DNA of 64,000 nucleotides from Acidimicrobiia bacterium (lineage in GTDB: Bacteria > Actinomycetota > Acidimicrobiia > Spongiisociales > ZC4RG35). Every line of letters begins with the position of its first letter. Positions within the stretch are counted from its first letter, which is position 1. The notes below the pieces were generated by a model. It worked only from the letters and a program-made list of their open reading frames with translations. It made no database searches and was not told the DNA's origin. Both the position numbers and the translations under genes were made by a program. Of the stretch, positions 59,721 to 64,000 are shown piece after piece. The stretch spans positions 13,962 through 77,961 of the forward strand of contig JBHJOQ010000036.1 in assembly GCA_050329555.1 (NCBI GenBank), in the 5' to 3' direction.

Positions 59721-60710
59721 ATGGGAGCATCCATAGGGCTCGGCCTCAGCGCGACCGGTTGGGACGTGTCCGGCTGGGATCCTGACCCGGAGGCAATGCT
59801 GGGCGCACGGGAGAAGGGCGCAATATCCAAAATCCTGTCAGGCCCTGACGAAGGTGTCGCCGGAGCCAATCTCTTGATACTCGCCGGCCCGCCGGCAGCG
59901 ACCGTGGAGGCCCTCGCCCGCATCGATACCTCCTCCCTCGTTACCGACATCTCGAGTGTCAAATCGCCGATCGTCGACGCAGCCCGGGGGCTGCGGCGGT
60001 TTGTTCCCGGCCATCCCATGGCGGGAAGCGCCAGCACCGGACCCGAACACGCTTCCGCTCACCTCTTTCAGGGGGCCACCTGGGTTCTGTGCGACGACCT
60101 CGCCAACAGCGGTGACATCGAACGGATGAAAGAAATAGTCGCGGACCTGGGCGCCAACCCGGTGGTCATGGACGCCGCCTCACACGATGAGCGAGTCGCG
60201 CTTGTCTCCCACCTCCCCCGGCTCCTCGCCTCGATTCTCATCCAGATGGCGGAGGACAACCCCGGTGCCGCCGAGCTGAGTGCAGGGAGTTTCCGCGACC
60301 TGACCCGGGTTGCCGGCTCGGACCCCGACTGGTGGAGCGACATCCTCATTGCCAACAAAGGTGCACTGGATCGGACGATCGAACAGATGCTGCGGCAGTT
60401 GGGGCGCTGGCGAGAAGAGATCGCTAACGAAGACGCAACCGCGATGCAGCGCCATCTGGCAGCCACCGCAGCTGTCCGCATGGGCCTGGGAGCGCCGGTC
60501 ACTGCGGTGAGGGTGATCCTTTTCGACAGGCCCGGAGAAATTGGATTGGTGGGACGCTCGCTGGAGAGGAGCGGGGTCGACCTCCGCGACCTACAAATCC
60601 GGCATGCCGAATACGGAGGTGGTGGCGTCCTCACCCTCTCCGTCAGCGAAGAAGAAGCCGGCTCTCTCGAAGCGGCGCTTATCGAAGACGGTTTCGAGAT
60701 CGAGGCCTGA
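59721..60710 (+). CDS. tyrA: Prephenate dehydrogenase with a C-terminal ACT domain. The true start is upstream of the listed ATG.
   Basis: The ATG at 59721 lies inside the Rossmann GxGxxG loop (upstream in frame: NNAIIHGTGL-M-GASIG). Confidence 0.8.
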   Translation: MGASIGLGLSATGWDVSGWDPDPEAMLGAREKGAISKILSGPDEGVAGANLLILAGPPAATVEALARIDTSSLVTDISSVKSPIVDAARGLRRFVPGHPMAGSASTGPEHASAHLFQGATWVLCDDLANSGDIERMKEIVADLGANPVVMDAASHDERVALVSHLPRLLASILIQMAEDNPGAAELSAGSFRDLTRVAGSDPDWWSDILIANKGALDRTIEQMLRQLGRWREEIANEDATAMQRHLAATAAVRMGLGAPVTAVRVILFDRPGEIGLVGRSLERSGVDLRDLQIRHAEYGGGGVLTLSVSEEEAGSLEAALIEDGFEIEA

Positions 60711-60713
60711 AGC

Positions 60714-61478
60714 TCAGCCCCGGCTGAGCCGTCGCACCCACTCGATGTCGGCAGCGTGCTCCGCCGGCCCTCCCGGCGTTTCCACCACGACCGGTGCGTC
60801 GGCTGCGAGGATCGTCGCTCCGAGCAGATCGACAGGGATCGTCCCCGCTCCGAGGTTCTCATGGCGGTCGCGGCGGGAGTCGAAAGGGTCTTTGGAGTCG
60901 TTGGCATGGACGAGGTCGATCTTGCCGGTGAACGAGACGATACGCTCCACCAACTCGTCGAATGGCTCACCACCCGCCCAGGAGTGGCAGGTGTCGAGCA
61001 CGAAGCCGACACCGAATTCGCCGATCTCCTGCCACAGCTTGCCGATCCACTCCACCCGCCTTGCTGCTGCCTTGTCCCCGCCCGCGGTGTTCTCGATGAG
61101 GATCTTCATCGCGGTGTCGGTTGCCTCGAGAGCCTTGCGCCAGCGATCGATCCCCTCCTCCTGGGGCCCATCTCCGGTGACATGGCCACCGTGGACCACG
61201 ACCGCTGCGGCTCCGATGTCGGTAGCGGCGTCGCAGGTGTCCTGGAGGATCTTGCGGCTCGGGATCCGCACCCTGTTGTTGTCGGCGCAGACGTTGATCA
61301 GATACGGGGAGTGGACATAGATGGGGAGAGCCGAGGCAGCAAGATCGGCGGCGTCGACTCTCGGCGGGGGCTTCTTCCACGACTGGGGGTTGGAGAGAAA
61401 GATCTGGACCAGATCGGCGTTGCGGATTGCGGCTTCGTTCAGCGGGTCGGCACCGGGCACGTGGGCGCCGACAATCAT
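60714..61478 (-). CDS. nfo: Endonuclease IV family AP endonuclease
   Basis: Motifs VGAHV, ENTAG, DTCH and HANDSK...[11 protein letters not shown]. Confidence 0.85.
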   Translation of the reverse strand: MIVGAHVPGADPLNEAAIRNADLVQIFLSNPQSWKKPPPRVDAADLAASALPIYVHSPYLINVCADNNRVRIPSRKILQDTCDAATDIGAAAVVVHGGHVTGDGPQEEGIDRWRKALEATDTAMKILIENTAGGDKAAARRVEWIGKLWQEIGEFGVGFVLDTCHSWAGGEPFDELVERIVSFTGKIDLVHANDSKDPFDSRRDRHENLGAGTIPVDLLGATILAADAPVVVETPGGPAEHAADIEWVRRLSRG

Positions 61479-62065
61479 TGCCCTTCCCAGACCGAGCTGA
61501 CCCGGTGCCGACGCTCCGACACTGCAGCCGCCACCGCGTAGTCACCGATCTGTTTCGCCACGACCTCCGGCGGAGTCGGCCAATCCTCGGCGAGAACACC
61601 CAGCACCCGCTGGTCGAGCCAGCGCGCCCCCCAGGGGTGGGCCGGAAGCTCGCCCCGGGTCACCAGCTTTACCGCAAGCAGGGGAAGGACATCCTCCTCG
61701 TCGTCGATTTCGCCGCCATCGATATCCTTGATCTGCTCCCAGGGGATCAGGTCGGGCCGGCGAAATGGCCCCCGGAGCTTCAACGCCAGCCCTTCGGGCC
61801 TTGCCTCGACCACCTTGGTCGGGATGAACAGCTCTTTGAGGGCCCAGACAATGAGGATCGCCGCGAAGAGGGTCAGCGCCCACGCCCAGATCACATCGCG
61901 CGGCTCGTAGATCTGGGTGTCTTCTGGCCGGAACAAGGCCTCTCGCAACGTATTGGTGAGCCGGCGGTTGGTGAGGACATCGAGACCCATCACCAGGAGC
62001 GGGATGGCGCCGATGGCCATCCACCACAGCCTCCAGCCGGAGCGCTTCACGTCTACAGGTTTCAC
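61475..62065 (-). CDS. Hypothetical membrane protein (2-3 transmembrane helices followed by an acidic domain)
   Basis: 196-aa ORF whose stop and start overlap the neighbouring genes. Confidence 0.5.
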   Translation of the reverse strand: MKPVDVKRSGWRLWWMAIGAIPLLVMGLDVLTNRRLTNTLREALFRPEDTQIYEPRDVIWAWALTLFAAILIVWALKELFIPTKVVEARPEGLALKLRGPFRRPDLIPWEQIKDIDGGEIDDEEDVLPLLAVKLVTRGELPAHPWGARWLDQRVLGVLAEDWPTPPEVVAKQIGDYAVAAAVSERRHRVSSVWEGQ

Positions 62066-62637
62066 AGTCCCACCCCCAGGTCGGCCGGAGTCACGACGGA
62101 GACAAAAGGAATCCCCCTGCCCTGAAATCTCTCTGCGGCGAGCCCGCCGGAGCGGTCGACCAGGGCCACCGCCTGAACGACGTTGAGGCCGGCTTCGAGG
62201 GCGACGTCTGTTGCCTCGCCGGCTGCTGAGCCGGTGGTCGTGGTGTCTTCGATCATCGCCACCTGCATCCCAGCTTCGACCGGCCCGACCAGTCTGCCCC
62301 CGACACCATGGTCCTTGGCCTCTTTCCGGATCGAGTAGGCGACTAGAAGGATTCCCCGCGATGCGGCCACCATCGCCGTGGCCAGGGCAACCGGGTCTGC
62401 ACCCATGGTCATCCCCCCCACCGCTTCGATTTCGGGGTGGAGCACCTCAAGGATCGCTTCACCCACGAGCAGGGCCCCGGCGCCCGAAAACGTCGTCTGG
62501 CGGGCGTCGAGGTACCAGTCCGCCTCCTCCCCCGACCGCAGGTTGAACGGCCCGTCAGTGCGGAGGGCATGGGCAACCAGGTGTTCGATGAGGGCGGCTC
62601 GGGTCACCAGGGCATGGTACCCGCCTCCCCGGCTCAC
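62062..62637 (-). CDS. pyrE: Orotate phosphoribosyltransferase
   Basis: PRPP-binding motif VAMIEDTTTTGSAA. Confidence 0.9.
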   Translation of the reverse strand: MSRGGGYHALVTRAALIEHLVAHALRTDGPFNLRSGEEADWYLDARQTTFSGAGALLVGEAILEVLHPEIEAVGGMTMGADPVALATAMVAASRGILLVAYSIRKEAKDHGVGGRLVGPVEAGMQVAMIEDTTTTGSAAGEATDVALEAGLNVVQAVALVDRSGGLAAERFQGRGIPFVSVVTPADLGVGL

Positions 62638-62675
62638 CCCGCGGAGCCCGGCGCGCCAGGCGGTAACCTCGGGGT

Positions 62676-63362
62676 ATGGACTTGATACTCATCCGCCACG
62701 GACAGCCGGACTGGACTCCTGACAGCATCGCCCGGAATGATCCATTCCTCACCAATCTGGGCGTCGAGCAGGCAGAGCGGGTGGCTCATCGGCTGGCCGC
62801 GCTGGACCGCGTCGATGAGGTTTGGGTTTCGACGATGAACCGGGCCCGACAGACCGCTGAGCCGATCTACGCCGAACTGGGGATGGAGGTCGAGTCGTAC
62901 GGATTCCTCCAGGAGATCAACAACCCCCCTTCATGGGAGGGAGCACCGGCCGATCACATCGACAAGCTGCTCAGCGAGGCCAACCTCCGGTCGATGGACG
63001 ACATGTGGGACGGCTTGCCCGAGGGCGAGAGTTTCCGCGCCTTCCACAAACGCGTCGTCGGAGGTCTGGAGGAGACGCTTGCCGCACACGGAATCAGCCC
63101 GATGACCGATGAGCACCGCCACCTCTGGACGGTGGACGACCCCGACAAGAGGGTGATCATCGTCTCCCACGCCGGCACCAACGCCGTGGTCCTGGGACAT
63201 CTCCTCGGCCTGGAGCCGGTCCCCTGGGAATGGGAGCGGTTCCGCCAACCCCACACAGGAGTCTCCCGCCTGACTATGTCGAGGATCTCGACGGGCTGGA
63301 CCTTCTCCTTGCGAATGCTCGGAGATGTCACCCACCTCCACCCCGGGATGATCACCGCCTGA
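62676..63362 (+). CDS. Histidine phosphatase (phosphoglycerate mutase-like) family protein
   Basis: LIRHGQ catalytic motif. Confidence 0.85.
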   Translation: MDLILIRHGQPDWTPDSIARNDPFLTNLGVEQAERVAHRLAALDRVDEVWVSTMNRARQTAEPIYAELGMEVESYGFLQEINNPPSWEGAPADHIDKLLSEANLRSMDDMWDGLPEGESFRAFHKRVVGGLEETLAAHGISPMTDEHRHLWTVDDPDKRVIIVSHAGTNAVVLGHLLGLEPVPWEWERFRQPHTGVSRLTMSRISTGWTFSLRMLGDVTHLHPGMITA

Positions 63363-63369
63363 GGCCTGA

Positions 63370-64000
63370 CTACTCCTCGACGTAGCGGGGATAGGTTTCT
63401 TTGGCTCCGTCTGCAGCTGCCGGTTCGATGCCGAGGGTTACCACCGGGTTCTCTTCGTCGGTGACGGCAAGCACATTTCCGTTGGGGTCGATCACCCACC
63501 CTTTGCCGCCGAAGCTAACCCCGTTGCTCGACCCGGCGCGGTTCGACGAGAGGGAGTAGGCGCCCGACATTATCGCCGCCGCCTGACCTCCGATGATCCA
63601 CTTGTCGGAAGTCTGCAGTTCGGTCACCCTTGGTGTGAGCAGCAGGCGAACCCCCTGACGGGCGTACTCCCTCGCCCGGTCGGTGAACCACAGCTCGGTG
63701 CAGATCAGGAATCCCGCCGAATGTCCGGCGACCGACGACCTCTCGAACGAGCCGTCGCCACGGCGGTACCAGCTGGCCTCCCAGAAACCGGGTTCCTCCG
63801 GCAGGTAATACTTCTCGTGGCCGTATTCCACCTGGCCGTCATGCCACGTGAACGCCCGGTTCCTGCGCACGTCGTGGCCCATGGGTGCCGAGCCCACCAC
63901 CGTTCCCGCGCCGAGCTCGCCGAGACGGTCGATCCACTGCTCATGAGCCAACACCGATTCGTCCCAGACTGCCTGGTCGAAATGATGGGTCCAGGCCATC
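63370..64000 (-). CDS. Carbon-nitrogen hydrolase family protein. The N-terminus lies beyond the window end. Partial.
   Basis: Cys-containing motif GFLICTELWF typical of nitrilase/C-N hydrolases. The ORF runs to the window edge. Confidence 0.75.
   Translation of the reverse strand, partial: MAWTHHFDQAVWDESVLAHEQWIDRLGELGAGTVVGSAPMGHDVRRNRAFTWHDGQVEYGHEKYYLPEEPGFWEASWYRRGDGSFERSSVAGHSAGFLICTELWFTDRAREYARQGVRLLLTPRVTELQTSDKWIIGGQAAAIMSGAYSLSSNRAGSSNGVSFGGKGWVIDPNGNVLAVTDEENPVVTLGIEPAAADGAKETYPRYVEE

Overview
This 64-kb window comes from a high-GC (about 65-70%) actinobacterial chromosome, and most of it is conserved core genome.

Core genes (gene order and codon usage would fit an Acidimicrobiia-like lineage, but this is not established from the window):
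- Two purine-biosynthesis operons, purC-purS-purQ-purL and purF-purM, plus a separate purB.
- A ribosomal/replication cluster, rpsF-ssb-rpsR-rplI-dnaB, and panB.
- An aromatic amino-acid pair, tyrA divergent from a CM-PDT-ACT-DAHPS fusion gene.
- A copper-resistance set: a MerR/CueR-type regulator, copZ, and a P-type ATPase.
- pfkA, acs, lnt, suhB, thrB, dcd, pyrE, nfo, two tRNAs, an unannotated 29-aa bS22 ribosomal protein gene, and several hydrolases and transporters.
- Many genes are joined by ATGA/GTGA stop-start overlaps.
- The six-frame track also contains many long antisense ORFs (for example 17224..19263 minus and 13719..15428 minus) that are high-GC artefacts.

I do not see a clear-cut multi-gene defence or mobile system. 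The observations most worth a second look are:
- A dispersed palindromic repeat family (core TTCTGTGTCGAT...ATCGACACAGAA) with at least seven copies, mostly at 3' ends of genes. It looks like an undescribed REP/BIME-like element.
- A low-GC islet of about 1.8 kb around tRNA-Leu that carries hypothetical proteins.
- A +1 frameshift that splits the kup potassium-transporter gene.
- An RsbQ/KAI2-type hydrolase translationally coupled to a PAS-GAF sensor.
- A long inverted repeat immediately upstream of an M3 peptidase start codon that has no Shine-Dalgarno sequence.
- A small Zn-ribbon-like protein with a perfect Shine-Dalgarno, followed by a 250-bp highly structured spacer next to the cop locus.
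- A Phe/Tyr-rich 21-codon leader ORF upstream of the trifunctional aromatic fusion gene.
- A tyrA gene whose annotated ATG lies inside its own GxGxxG motif.

All calls rest on reading the sequence and on remembered family signatures. No database search was run.
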